From: Octopus sinensis
Taxonomy: Eukaryota
Direction of reading: 5' to 3'
NCBI RefSeq assembly: GCF_006345805.1
Contig: NC_043004.1
Location: 99,262,001 to 99,326,000 of the forward strand
Length of the DNA: 64,000 bases
This document shows, piece by piece, positions 24,454 through 36,850 of this stretch. Under the pieces are notes generated by a model. The model did not search any database. It saw only the letters and a program-made list of their open reading frames with translations, and had not been told where the DNA came from. How positions within the stretch are numbered: position 1 is the first letter of the stretch; each line of letters opens with the position of its first letter. Both the position numbers and the translations under genes were made by a program.

Positions 24454-25795
24454 AGAATATGAGTGAACTGAACTGGAATATGAGTGAAGTAAAGAATATA
24501 GATAGGAAAATACGCAAGCTGCTGAGTTGTAATAGGATGCACCACCAAAAGGCAGACCTAGATCGCCTTTACCTTCCCAGAGCCCAAGGGGGTCGAGGCC
24601 TGATCCAATTTGAACTAGCTTACAAAACAACCACAATTGGGCTGGCCAAATATCTCGAAATATCGAATGACTGGATGCTAAAGCTCGTGGAAAATCACGA
24701 GAGACGAAAGAAGCTTCATTCTATTATAAAGGAAAAAATTTGCTATTGATCTCGTGCAGGATACCCAAACTGAACAACCCGAGGGAAGTACGGCAACTAT
24801 TGTTGCAAAGAAGGTGAAAATGATGGCAACGAAAAAAGCGCACGAGCAATTGGCTGATAGGTGGGAGGAGAAACCTCTGCACGGCAAATATGTGACCCAC
24901 AGCAAACAAGCTGATGTTGACCAGAAGCAAACCCATCAGTGGCTACGGAGCTCAGGGCTAAAAGCAGAGAGCGAAGGTTTCATCCTGGCTGCTCAAGACC
25001 AAAGCCTATTAACCCGGAACTACCAGGCCAATGTGATGAAAAATGGAGCAGACCCAAAATGCCGATTCTGCAACGACATGATTGAAACAGTGGACCACCT
25101 AATCTCTGGATGTAAAGTCTTAGCACCAGTGGAGTATAAATTAAGACATGATAGAGTTGGCCAATATCTCCACTGGCTAATAAGTCGGCATTACAATATC
25201 AAAACTGCCTACAAGTGGTATAATCACCACCCTGAGGCTGTAACTGAAGGAGAAAATGTAACCATTCTGTGGGACTTTCCAGTACATACAGACCGAACCA
25301 TCAAGGCCAATAAACCAGATATTGTTGTGAAAGACCAAAACAATAAAGTTTGCTTATTGATCGACATGAGCATCCCCTGTGATTATAATATCTCAGCGAA
25401 AGAGTTTGACAAGCTCAGAAAATATAAAGACCTACTCATTGAAATTGAGAAAATGTGGCATCTCAAGGCGGTTACAATACCAGTGATCGTAGGAGCACTA
25501 GGAATGATCAAGAAGGGAACCGAAAATTATATGAGAATGATCCCTGGCTTACCATCCCTGCAAGAAGTGCAAAAGCTTGTCTTAACTGGTACATCACACG
25601 TATTGAGAAGAGCATTGTCGATGTGAGAACTGTTGCTGCTCATGTATTTTAATTTAACAAAAAAAATCAAAAAAATGAACGAACTATTGAGTTTGGTTTA
25701 ATGGCCTACCAATGTATACTATGAGTTTCTTTGCCCTAGGAGTCGGGAAGACACTAGGCAAGAAATGGAAGCAAATTTGAAAGAAGAAAAAAAAA

Positions 25796-25796
<1 letters not shown>
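24454..25796 (+). mobile_element. 5'-truncated R4/Dong-like non-LTR retrotransposon (restriction-like endonuclease)
   Basis: RLYLPRAQGGRGL, the CCHC knuckle CRFC..ETVDHLISGC, RHD, PDIV..LIDMSIP..K..KY.DL (PD..D..K), a ~170 bp 3' UTR and an A-rich end. Frameshift near 24740. Confidence 0.95.
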
Positions 25797-25831
<35 letters not shown>

Positions 25832-25834
25832 GTG

Positions 25835-25910
<76 letters not shown>

Positions 25911-25936
25911 TAATAATAACAATAATAATAATAATA

Positions 25937-26150
25937 TACGAGGGTGTGCTTTAAGGCATTAAGGGTATCGTGAAAGGCCTTGCTGGAGGCCCAACCATCC
26001 CAGTTCTTTTCCAGAGCATAGAAAATCTGAAGGACCACCTCAATAAGTGTGGGAATCTGAGAGGGGAATATGTTGAATAGAATCATAATGAATTGATCCT
26101 CCATGATTTTCTTTTACGCAAAGTCAGGAACTTTTCAGTACCCCTTCGTG
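25937..26150 (+). mobile_element. short mariner deletion derivative
   Basis: Ends TACGAGGGTGTGCT... / ...CAGGAACTTTTCAGTACCCCTTCGT. Transposase C-terminus FFQSIENLKDHLNKCGNLRGEYVE*. Confidence 0.75.
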
Positions 26151-26429
26151 TATGTGTATGGTTGTGTGTATTTTTTTTCATCTTTTTACCGTATTTTCTG
26201 TTTCTATCTATTAGCGTAACTTCCCTTTTATTCAACAGTTTTTCATAGCGCCTCTTGCTATTAATAGCCGACAAGAATGCATCGTAGCTCTTTGCTCCGA
26301 CATTAGAAACTCCGATTACTATAATGACAACTTTTTGCTGTTTGTTTTAATTTATAATACATATAAACATTTTTGTATTTATCTAATATCGAGGTCTCGT
26401 TCTTTTGTTGTTACATTTTCATCTTCATC

Positions 26430-26695
26430 GTTATTGTTTTATGTTTGACTTTTGCTTTACATTTGAAAAAGTCTCGCCCAGAGACCTCAAGAGACAACAA
26501 GTTAGAAGTTCATGTTGGTGTTACGCTTAGGGTGTCATGTATTTAGTTTTGTACATAGTGTTGTTCTAGAGAATGTTTAATAAACCATAAGAAAATTATG
26601 TTTGTTTTAAAATTTGAGATTACATAGAAAGTATTTTGCGTAGGATATGGGCAGTTCCCATGAGCACTAATTTCTACCATTTGAGGTATGCTGAT
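26430..26695 (-). mobile_element. 3' end of a second R4/Dong-like family
   Basis: Minus strand LVLMGTAHILRKILSM* parallels LVLTGTSHVLRRALSM* at 25626, followed by a 3' UTR. Confidence 0.75.
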
Positions 26696-26751
26696 ATATT
26701 ATTTTTATTATTGTCATCATCATCATTATTATTAATATTATTATTATTATT

Positions 26752-27305
26752 GAGTGAGAGAGCAGTTCATGCCATCAAAGTGACACTGGGGTAAAATATA
26801 CGAAGCCCAATATACCCATCATGACCACCCGTCTGATAAAGGTACACCAGGCACATGCATCACAACCATATGTGCGCGACACGGTGATCTCACATCAAGA
26901 TAAACAGCACGTGACCTTGCAGGTGGGGCCCAGTTAGAATTTTCTTCAGGTTGAGTAGTCCATCCCGCTCAAACGGTCCCTAAATAAGGGTTGTTTAAGG
27001 ATGTTGAAAGAACCACCCATGTTTCCAGAGGTGAACTATTCAAACCCCAAAGAATCCCTCTCAACACATGGCTATGATGCTCCCCCACTACGTCTGCTCG
27101 TGATCGGAGATGCACATATCGTCAGCCACTAAGGGACATGATCAACTGGTTAAGGTCAAACAACTGACAAGCAAATCTGTGGTATTGAGCAGAATATTTG
27201 CTGTAGCCCATCTTTTATACCAAGACAAAACAATGTACATGATAACACTTCCAATCAGTTAAGATCAGAAGACATGAGAGCCACTGCCTGGTACTGCATC
27301 AGGGC

Positions 27306-27308
<3 letters not shown>
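26752..27308 (-). mobile_element. ~555 bp (TAA)n-associated element, copy B (best preserved)
   Basis: (TTA)n on both sides. Minus strand AATGCCCTGATGCAGTACCAGGC...CTGCTCTCTCACTC(AAT)n. Confidence 0.9.
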
Positions 27309-27383
<75 letters not shown>

Positions 27384-27631
27384 CATTATTATTATTATTA
27401 TTACATAACAGTTTGTTCAGAGTTGCCTCTCTTGGGTACATCCCATTGACAAGAGTTAAAAAATTCGAAACAACGATGTCTGGGATTCTTGAAAGATGTC
27501 GACATTGAAAAAAATTTGTGTCTTCACAAATTTTTACCATAAGAGAGATATTTTTCCACGGTAACTGCAGCAAATTTGCCTTTTAGCAGTTGAAATATGT
27601 CACAAACATATTTTAACTAATCTAAATTTAG

Positions 27632-27670
<39 letters not shown>

Positions 27671-27699
27671 CGCAGTATTTTTAACAATATTTCCGAGAC

Positions 27700-28010
27700 T
27701 ATAATAAATCTCTGAGCGAGGTATAAACAGTAGCTGCACGACATCGCGAAGTATAATTGCCACTTAAATGTGGCTAACCCTTAAGGGTGGATGCTACTGT
27801 AGCTTGTAGCCCCAGGAGGACACCTCTTCCAGCTGGTTATTGACAAACTTTGTGTGCCCTATCAGTATTTGCAAAGGGAAGCCATCCTTCCCATCTTAAA
27901 CCTGTATGATACACACGAACTCGAGTTTCTGGGTATTGACCCGTCATCAGTGTGTAACAATCACCGGTCGTCGATGAAAAGTAGGTTCCCGTTGCATATA
28001 TATATATATC
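27700..28010 (-). mobile_element. short non-coding unit with a hammerhead-like motif, related to 18900-19180
   Basis: Minus strand TACACA-CTGATGA-CGGGTCAATACCCA-GAAA-CTCGAG-TTCG-TGTGTA at 27910-27956. It shares the TAAGGG..GC.AC..TAGCCC.AGGA..TTGACA..TGTG.CC.TAT block with 18955-19035. Confidence 0.65.
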
Positions 28011-29541
28011 CTTTTTCCAGTGACGAAAGTACAAGACTTGCTTTGGGTTAAAAGCAAATAAAATAAACGTCTCGAAGAAACTCTCTTAATCTACTATGGC
28101 TTACAAGAAAATGCACCCAAATATCTATTCGAAAGAGTAGGTAGCGCATTGGATAACGATGTCTGAATACAGTGAAATACAAAATAGCCAAAGTCAGAAC
28201 ACGTTTGATGAAAGCTTTTTTTAGTCATATTTGGACTGGCCCGGTTTAAACTATAAAGGGCTTAATAAGGCTAGATGAGTAGAGAGGAAACTTTAGCGCC
28301 ATGTTGGAATTAGAACTGTTTTTATGAAGTACAATTACATCATAACTACGAACTTATTAATCTGTATCGTCATTGGCCCGATTGTCAATATGTCATAATT
28401 CTTTTCGTTCAGAATTTACCAAGAATATATAATGATAACAGCAAATAAATAGCCAACAAGATTCTACGTTTCACATTGAATCTAATTCACATTAATAATA
28501 AGCAAGAAACATATAATATTGACTACAGAGTAAGCTAACATGAAGTTTTTACTGAATCAGTAAATACCCCGAGAATAGATAATTTAACCTTTTTCAGACC
28601 ATAAAACGTTCAGTTTGAAAATGCATCGGTAAAATTCTCTTGCGTACATTTTTTATTATAACTGTATATACTGTTCCGACAAAGCAGTACTATGTTAAAA
28701 ACGCCCACTTCACCAGATCGCCTGCTTCTAGTCACTTCATAAACACTGAAACACCCTTTCTGATTAAATGACTTACTTAACCAGAATAATCTTTTAGCCT
28801 CAACTAACATTTAGTAACTTAGCAAAGAAGCCTTTTTTTACCATCTAGAACATTCTTTTCGCTTCTGAAAATGGTTACAATCAGTAATACTAGTGAGTAC
28901 AAAACAAATTCCATTCGGTATTTTCTACAGAATAAAATATGTTTCTACTAGCCTGAATACCGTATTTATGTTCTACGTTATCACGAATATCTATTTTCGG
29001 TTGACCATGCATTAACAACAAGAAACTATTATAGCACATTGCAATGCAGAACACGAAGCAAAACTAGATTGAAAAACATTAGTTGATAACATTACCATCC
29101 CGTATAGAATTCCTCAATAAACTAGATTAGCTTTAGAATCTTTATTAATAGCAAAATACAAACAGAAGAATACAACATGCGTAGAATAAAGTATAGAAGT
29201 AAGATGGGGTTAACGGTTTCAGAACTTTAAACTCAAGGATAGTGATATTATCAGTTACAACATCATTCACATGATGCGTTACAGCGTATTTATTATACAA
29301 ACCCGGCAACTGCGAGCCACTATCGTTACTATATTCAGAAAATTGGGACGAGTAAGAAAGCTCTTGGAACTCTAATAGACTTAGAGATGCTATACTTACA
29401 TACTAAACATGACTGGTTAATAAGGAAGTATAAAACTTAATCAATAAAAAGGAGTGAAACATAGTATTTTATATTAACACAATTATATAACTTGTACCAT
29501 CCATATAAAATGCTTGGAGGAAAGCTCTGCTCTTCAATGCA

Positions 29542-29591
<50 letters not shown>

Positions 29592-29660
29592 AGCACAATC
29601 ATATATACATATATAATATCTACCTACTTATTTAGTATGTACTTATGTGTATATGTATGT

Positions 29661-30047
29661 TGTTGGAAGCACTCCGTCGGTTACGACGATGAGGGTTCCG
29701 GTTGATCCGAATCAACGGAACAGCCTGCTCGTGAAATTAACGTGTAAGTGGCTGAGCACTCCACAGACACGTGTACCCTTAACGTAGTTCTCGGGGATAT
29801 TCAGCGTGACACAGAGAGTGACAAGGCCGGCCCTTTGAAATACAGGTACAACAGAAACAGGAAGTAAGAGTGAGAGAGAGTTGTGGTGAAAGAGTACAGC
29901 AGGGATCACCACCATCCCCTGCCGGAGCCTCGTGGAGCTTTTAGGTGTTTTCGCTCAATAAACACTCACAATGCCCGGTCTGGGAATCGAAACGGCGATC
30001 CTATGACCGAGAGTCCGCTGCCCTAACCACTGGGCCATTGCGCCTCC
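29661..30047 (-). mobile_element. full-length tRNA-derived SINE (3126 family) with 12 bp TSD
   Basis: Near-identical reverse complement of 3128-3510. GTATATGTATGT occurs at 29649-29660 and 30048-30059. Confidence 0.94.
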
Positions 30048-30637
30048 GTATATGTATGTATTTATGTAAACATGAGGCATTCAAGACGAGTTTTGCTGCA
30101 TTGAATTGAAATCTCCATAACTGTTACACAGTCATCGAAAAAGTCTTGGTTTGCAAACAGTTTGTAAACAAGCATTCGATTACTTCAACTGTATATTCGT
30201 TCTTTATAGACATTGCACAGCTTCTCTCATCTGATAAAACTTTTTTAACACTGATGATGAAGCCATCATGTCACCATTCACTAACGTGTATTTGACTAGT
30301 AAACATATTAGGTGACTCGGTACGACAGCAAATATTTTAAGAACATTCTTTTTCAGAAGCAATCCATTTTAGTGAAATAATCGATCTAGATTTGATATTT
30401 TTCATTTTTATTAAGCAGTCTATCTGTCATGAAGAATGATTCTTAGTATGATACTAATGAATTTATTCACTTACGTACAATAAATCTATATTAATATCAA
30501 TATTTAGCAATCTATCAATCTAAATATATATATATACGTATACACACGCACACATACGCGCACATACATGTAATGCAACTCTCACACTGCACACTCTTTG
30601 AAAACAAATAAATTTCTGCACAGGCGTCAAAGGAAGA

Positions 30638-30643
30638 ATATAT

Positions 30644-30715
<72 letters not shown>

Positions 30716-30835
30716 GTGTGTGTGTGTGTGTGTGCGTGTGTGTATGTGTGTATATATATGTATATGTTATATATATATGTATATACGTATATATATATAT
30801 GTATATATGTATATATATATGTATCTATATATGTA

Positions 30836-30872
<37 letters not shown>

Positions 30873-30887
30873 ATATATCTATATATC

Positions 30888-30918
<31 letters not shown>

Positions 30919-30987
30919 GTATATATGTATATATGTATATATATATATATGTATATATGTATATATATATATATATGTATATATTTA

Positions 30988-31020
<33 letters not shown>

Positions 31021-31275
31021 GTATGTATATACATCAATGTATATATATATATATATTTATGTATGTACATGTATATATATATATATATGTACGTATATAT
31101 ATATATGTATGTATATGTATATATGCATATGTATATATATATATGTATGTATATACATCAACGTATATATATATATATATATATTTATGTATGTACATGT
31201 ATATATATATATATATATGTACGTATATATATATATGTATGTATATGTATATATGCATATGTATATATATATATG
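30638..31275. repeat. long degenerate (TA)n/(TG)n tract with internal duplication
   Basis: Directly visible. The ~120 bp unit containing ACATCAA..TTTATGTATGTACATG..TGCATATG occurs twice. Confidence 0.95.
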
Positions 31276-32169
31276 ATTGCAATGATTCATTTCAACTCAA
31301 AAGATGTTTCATCTGGAGAAAAATTATCGTTGTATCCATATTCGTTAGGCTGTAATATCATGCATCCTTCAGATCGGAAGCAGACATTTGAAATAACTCA
31401 TTACACGGTACTCTCGGAATCAAATGTTTTGCATAGTTTCTATAATTCGCAAGGTCTCTTGTCCAACAAACAAGAAGACATTCATACGCACAAATCTTCA
31501 TATATATGTGTGTGTGTATGTTGGAAATGTAAAGATTTCAAATTAAATTGGCCTACTGAAATTTATGGTTTACAGCTTAGGAGTCCCTAGACTAGTTACT
31601 GATTAGTGCAAAACTGATGTTAGCGAAATAGCTTGTCAAAGATAAGAGTGATAGTGACTCAAAAAATAAGATGGATCATGTCAATCCTATCAAATATGAC
31701 AGGTCCCTAAAAACAATTAAAAATATGACTAGTCACAAAGGTGAGCTAATGTGAAAGTGGATTTAGAATTTGCCTTAAGTGAAACCGTGTAAATATCTTG
31801 ATCAGTTTTAAACCGAAACTGAATAATTAGTTAAAATGGTTATCAAAATCCCAGACTCCATTAACCATTGGATCGTTTCTGATAATTAAGTTTGAGAGAG
31901 ATTTCTAGGTGTATGTGCAACCTCTTGGTTACATGACATCCTCGATGAAACACTGACTATAACTGTAAAGCCAATATGACCAGGAGGGTATTGGTAGTCT
32001 CTACTGGCAACACATCTTTAATGATTCGTTACAATTGTTTCTGTACCAACTCTGCTTGCAACGCCAGTTTATGCAAAAATTCGAAGTGAAAACTTACATA
32101 ATATTTCCGGTCTTAGACATTATAGTAACACTTCATCAGACTTGCATCACTTCCACAGACTTACATTGA

Positions 32170-33045
32170 GCGTCTTCCAATGCGATTGAACGAGAGAAAA
32201 TTTGAACTGAAGCATTTTGGGAAAAAAATGTGCTAAAACAACCATATTCTCTTCCTTCAGACGAACCACGCACAGCATCTAATAATACCAGAGATCTAGG
32301 AGTAATTGTTGACAACAATAACAGCTGGAGTGCCCACATCAGCAATAAAGTCGATATAGCTGGTAGGATAAGCTCCTGGTTTATAAGAACTTTTCGGTCT
32401 AGAGAACAAGGTAACAACATTCCCCTTTTCCTCTCCTCTGTACCACCACACCTCAAATACTGCTGCCTCCTGTGGTCTTCCCACACAAAACAAAACATTA
32501 CGAAAATTGAATCACCCTAGAGGGCCTTCATTCAAAGAATTAAGGGCATGACTGATCTTGATTATTGGAAGCGCCTTAAAGCATTGAAACCGCATTCTCT
32601 CACGCGCCGCCATGAGTGACACATCATTTTCACAATGTGGAGAATATACCACGAGCGTTGCCTAAACGACCTCAACATTAGTTTCAGAATTCATCCAAGG
32701 CTAAGACCACGTATCATACGTCCCCTACCTAATTCAGGATCGCAACACATAAATACTGCAATACAATTTCTTTTCCTCAACAGGCCCTGCCCTATTCAAC
32801 ATTGTCCCAAAACAGATCAAACGGATCCCATCACCTTTAAACGGTGTATGGACAATTTTTTTCAAAGGGTACCAGATCAGTCACCTATACCTGGATGCAG
32901 CTCACTCAACAAGATCTCCCTACTGGAATGGGCCATGATACCACAAAACTTGATTTAAAAAGGAATTAGCTAATCCTATCAGGTGATGCTATTAAGTTAG
33001 ACATGGCCTGGGCCAATCTTTGGTCGAAATATGTCTAAGTTATCT
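32170..33045 (+). mobile_element. 3' fragment of an older CR1-like LINE
   Basis: RDLGVIVD..SWSAHI..RTFRSRE..HLKYCCLLWS..DYWKRLKALK, homologous to the C-terminus of the 10622 element. Confidence 0.88.
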
Positions 33046-33707
33046 AGATTTTCCATGTATATATATTTAATCCTTCGTCTGCATCCTCAAGCCGATCTAG
33101 GTCACGTAGCTTGTCAAAGAACTAGGTATAATAGTAGTACACGCTATATTCTCTGCCATTATACCTTGTTGAAGCGGTACATGTCTATCACGTTGCCGTA
33201 CTTTTAGAGCCAGTTAAAGGCCCATGGTCAGAAATCTTCTACGCATGATGATCCCTTTAATAGTGATATCGGGGATTCGTTCTTTGTTAAACACCGTGAG
33301 CAATTTGAGTGGAGGTTCGAATGCCTTTTATTTCTAGCATATCAAGGAACTGCTTAGAGACACTCTTTGTGGTATATGTTGAATTATCTGGTATTAGAAT
33401 CGTATTCCAGGTAGGGTTACCGTACTTTCTTTTCATGAATGCTGTTCTAGAATCGTAGAGCTCACTAGTTTCAAGGAGAGTTAACTGACGCCATTTTTGA
33501 TATGTCAAGTAACCAAACAAGGGTACATGTAGAGACACTCATGTGTAGTTGTGTGTGTGTGTTTGTACTGTGTGTGATTCTGATAAATATTATACAGAAG
33601 AAACTACTAATCAATTTCGTATACGAACACGCGCGCACACACGTACACATGTGGTCTTGCATCGGTAATTATATTAGTATTTATATCTAGTATCCGTATT
33701 TATATAT

Positions 33708-35355
33708 AATCAAAATAAGCAACAGGATATCCAGAATTGATGCAGTACGACCGTTTCGAGCGACTCCATTTCTTTGAACAATGCAATCATTACATCAATT
33801 TAAATGCAGGGCTGTTGTCAGATGCATAAATAAATAGAATTTTTTAATCATTCTGACGCATTAATATAATTTTACTTAAATACTCCAATAGAGCAAGAAG
33901 AGAGCCCAAGTCCATGCTGCCACTGCGGTAGCTTAGAATATAAAAGACTTCAAGAAAAGTATGAGAGTTTGTTGGGGTCATAACTTGTAAGGGATTTTGG
34001 TCAAGTTTTAATTTATTAGTCTTGTTTATCAATTACCAATCCGAAGACTAGAAGACTATGTCTGCTTGGAATAGGGGCAGGAGTAAGTTGACAGTATATA
34101 TTTGGGTATGATAATAAATATTGTCAAGATTTTTTTGAAGTAGTATAAAGTAACTGTCAATAAAGGAGGATGGGTAGTGGAAGACCTCGAATCAAGATGT
34201 TAATTACCAGTTAAAGGGGCAAGACGCTAATAAAACCAATGCTGTTAATACAGAGGAAACTTTATCATGGGGTACTATAGGTGATTGATAATAAACAATA
34301 TTGTTACGTTGTATTAATATATATTTCTAGTTAATTAAGTCTAAGAGAGTTAATTATATTATATCCATAAAATATATAAATATTTGTGTATATTTGCATG
34401 TCACACATAGATAAATATGTGTTTCTTTACATAGCTTTTATTTTTCCAGATTTTTTTTTTCTGATTCTTGGCTTATAATTAATATATAGGTAGAAGAGTT
34501 TATCGCCCCAGTATTCTATTACTAAATACTCGGAGCAATCTTTATAGAAACCACCTAATAAGTAAATAATTAATTATATGAAGGAATATTAAACTAATTC
34601 TATGTAATCTTCCTTTTCTATTGTTGAAAATTTTGTATATATACAAATGTTATTTGTTTGGTTACGAAATCATTTTGATAATCCTAAACTTTATCTTTAT
34701 ACAACATAACAATATTGTTTATTAGCAATCACTTACAGTACTCCATGATAAAATTTACTCTGTATTAACAGCATTGGTTTTATTAGCGTCTTGCCTCTTT
34801 AACTGGTAATTAACATCTTGATTTGGGATCTTCCACTACCTAGCCTCCTTTATAGACAGTTACTTTATACTAATTCAAAAAGATTCTAGACAATATTTAT
34901 GACCATACCCAACTATGTACTGTCAACTCACTCCTGCCCTGCATTCTAAACAGTCATAGTTCTCTAGCCTTAGATTTGGTAACTGATAAACAAGACTAAT
35001 AAATTAAAACTTATGACCCCAACAAACTCTCATACTTTTCTTGAAGTCTTGTATATTCTAGGCTACAGCTGTGGCATCATGAACTTTGTCTATATTCTTG
35101 CTCTATTGGAGTATTTAAGTAAAAGCATATTAATGTATCCGACTGATTAAAAAATTCTATTTATGCATCTGTGAATAGCCCTGCATTAAAATTGATGTAA
35201 TAATTAAATGAAGCCGCTTGAAACGGTCGTACTGCATCAATTCTGGATATCCTGTTGCTTATTTTGATTTTTTTCACCTTACTTTCAGTTGTACAGTTAA
35301 TACCGCACTAATTTTGCTGCTTCAACTTAGGTACGTAATTTCAACTGTATCTGAA
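33708..35355 (+). mobile_element. non-coding Penelope-type element with ~600 bp inverted arms and a hammerhead-like motif
   Basis: Arms 33708-34314 and 34699-35269. Motif ATGCAT-CTG(ACAA/TGAA)..AGC(long)GCT-GAAA-CGGTCG-TA-CTGCAT near the outer ends. An unpaired 3' tail runs into (TA)n. Confidence 0.7.
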
Positions 35356-35359
35356 TGTG

Positions 35360-35585
35360 TTTATATATATATATATACATATATACATACACCCGCACAT
35401 ATATATGTATATATATATACGTGTATACATATAATATATATATATTCATACACATATATGTATATGTATATATATGTATATATATTTATGTATAAATGTA
35501 TATGTATGTGTATACGTATATGTATATATATGTGTATATAATACATGTATATGTATGTGTATATTTATATGTACATGTATTTATA

Positions 35586-35654
<69 letters not shown>

Positions 35655-36011
35655 ATGTATATGTATATTTTACATATGTATATGTATATGTATATGTATA
35701 CGTATATATACATACATACATATATATATATATATTTATATACATACATATATATATATATATATATGATTTATTTATACAGACATATAAGCACAGGAAA
35801 TTAGTTCGTTCCATTTAATATTCATAACAATCACACATTCATAATACGACTGCTTCTACTACTACTACTACTACACTACTACTACTACTACTACTGCTGC
35901 TGCTACTACTTCTACTACACTACTGCTACAACTACTACTGCTACAACTACTACAGCTACTACGACTACTACTATTACTACTACTACTACTACTAATAATA
36001 ATAATAATGTA

Positions 36012-36057
<46 letters not shown>

Positions 36058-36080
36058 AGAAGAAGAAGAAGAAGAAGAAG

Positions 36081-36116
<36 letters not shown>

Positions 36117-36456
36117 AGCAACAATATCATCAACAACAACAGCAACAACTAGAAAGATCTGAGTAAACACAGTGCTCGAATATGTAAATATAAGTTTTGT
36201 ATATTAGCCGGGTTTGCTTGTGTTATTTATTTCACTTTTCTTCTTATGAATACATTTGTTTTGTTTCTCGATTTCATTAAGTTATCTATCAATGACGAAC
36301 AGTGATAAACTACTTAAACGGGATGTGCATAAAACGACACGAATGGGAACACTATTGCAAACTGTTTCCAAGATGGCTAATATCGTGCAAGGAAACTGAC
36401 GTTGGAATTAATGAAAGTGGAGAGGGTGTTTCTTTTCTTTTACACACACACAACAC

Positions 36457-36504
<48 letters not shown>

Positions 36505-36768
36505 GTGTGTGCGTGTTTATGTATATATATATATATACGTATATATATACATATATATATATGCATATATATACATATATACATATATATATATATATAC
36601 ATATTATATATATATATATATACATATATATATACATATATATACATATATACATATATATACATATATATAATATATATACATATATATATTATATATA
36701 TATATATATATATACATGTGTATATATATATATGTACATATATATATATACATATATACTCCACTTTG

Positions 36769-36817
<49 letters not shown>

Positions 36818-36850
36818 ATATATATATAATATATATATACATATATGTAT
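35360..36850. repeat. (TA)n tracts and a compound (CTA)n(TAA)n(GAA)n(CAA)n microsatellite
   Basis: Directly visible at 35360-35770, 35850-36150 and 36440-36850. Confidence 0.93.

Noticed and set aside
27250-27308. HDV-like ribozyme at the 5' end of the 555 bp element
   Set aside because: I could not fit the P1-P2-P3-P1.1-P4 topology by eye.
29295-29335. Helitron-like 3' hairpin AAACCCGGCAACTGCGAGCC
   Set aside because: No CTRR terminus and no matching 5' end.
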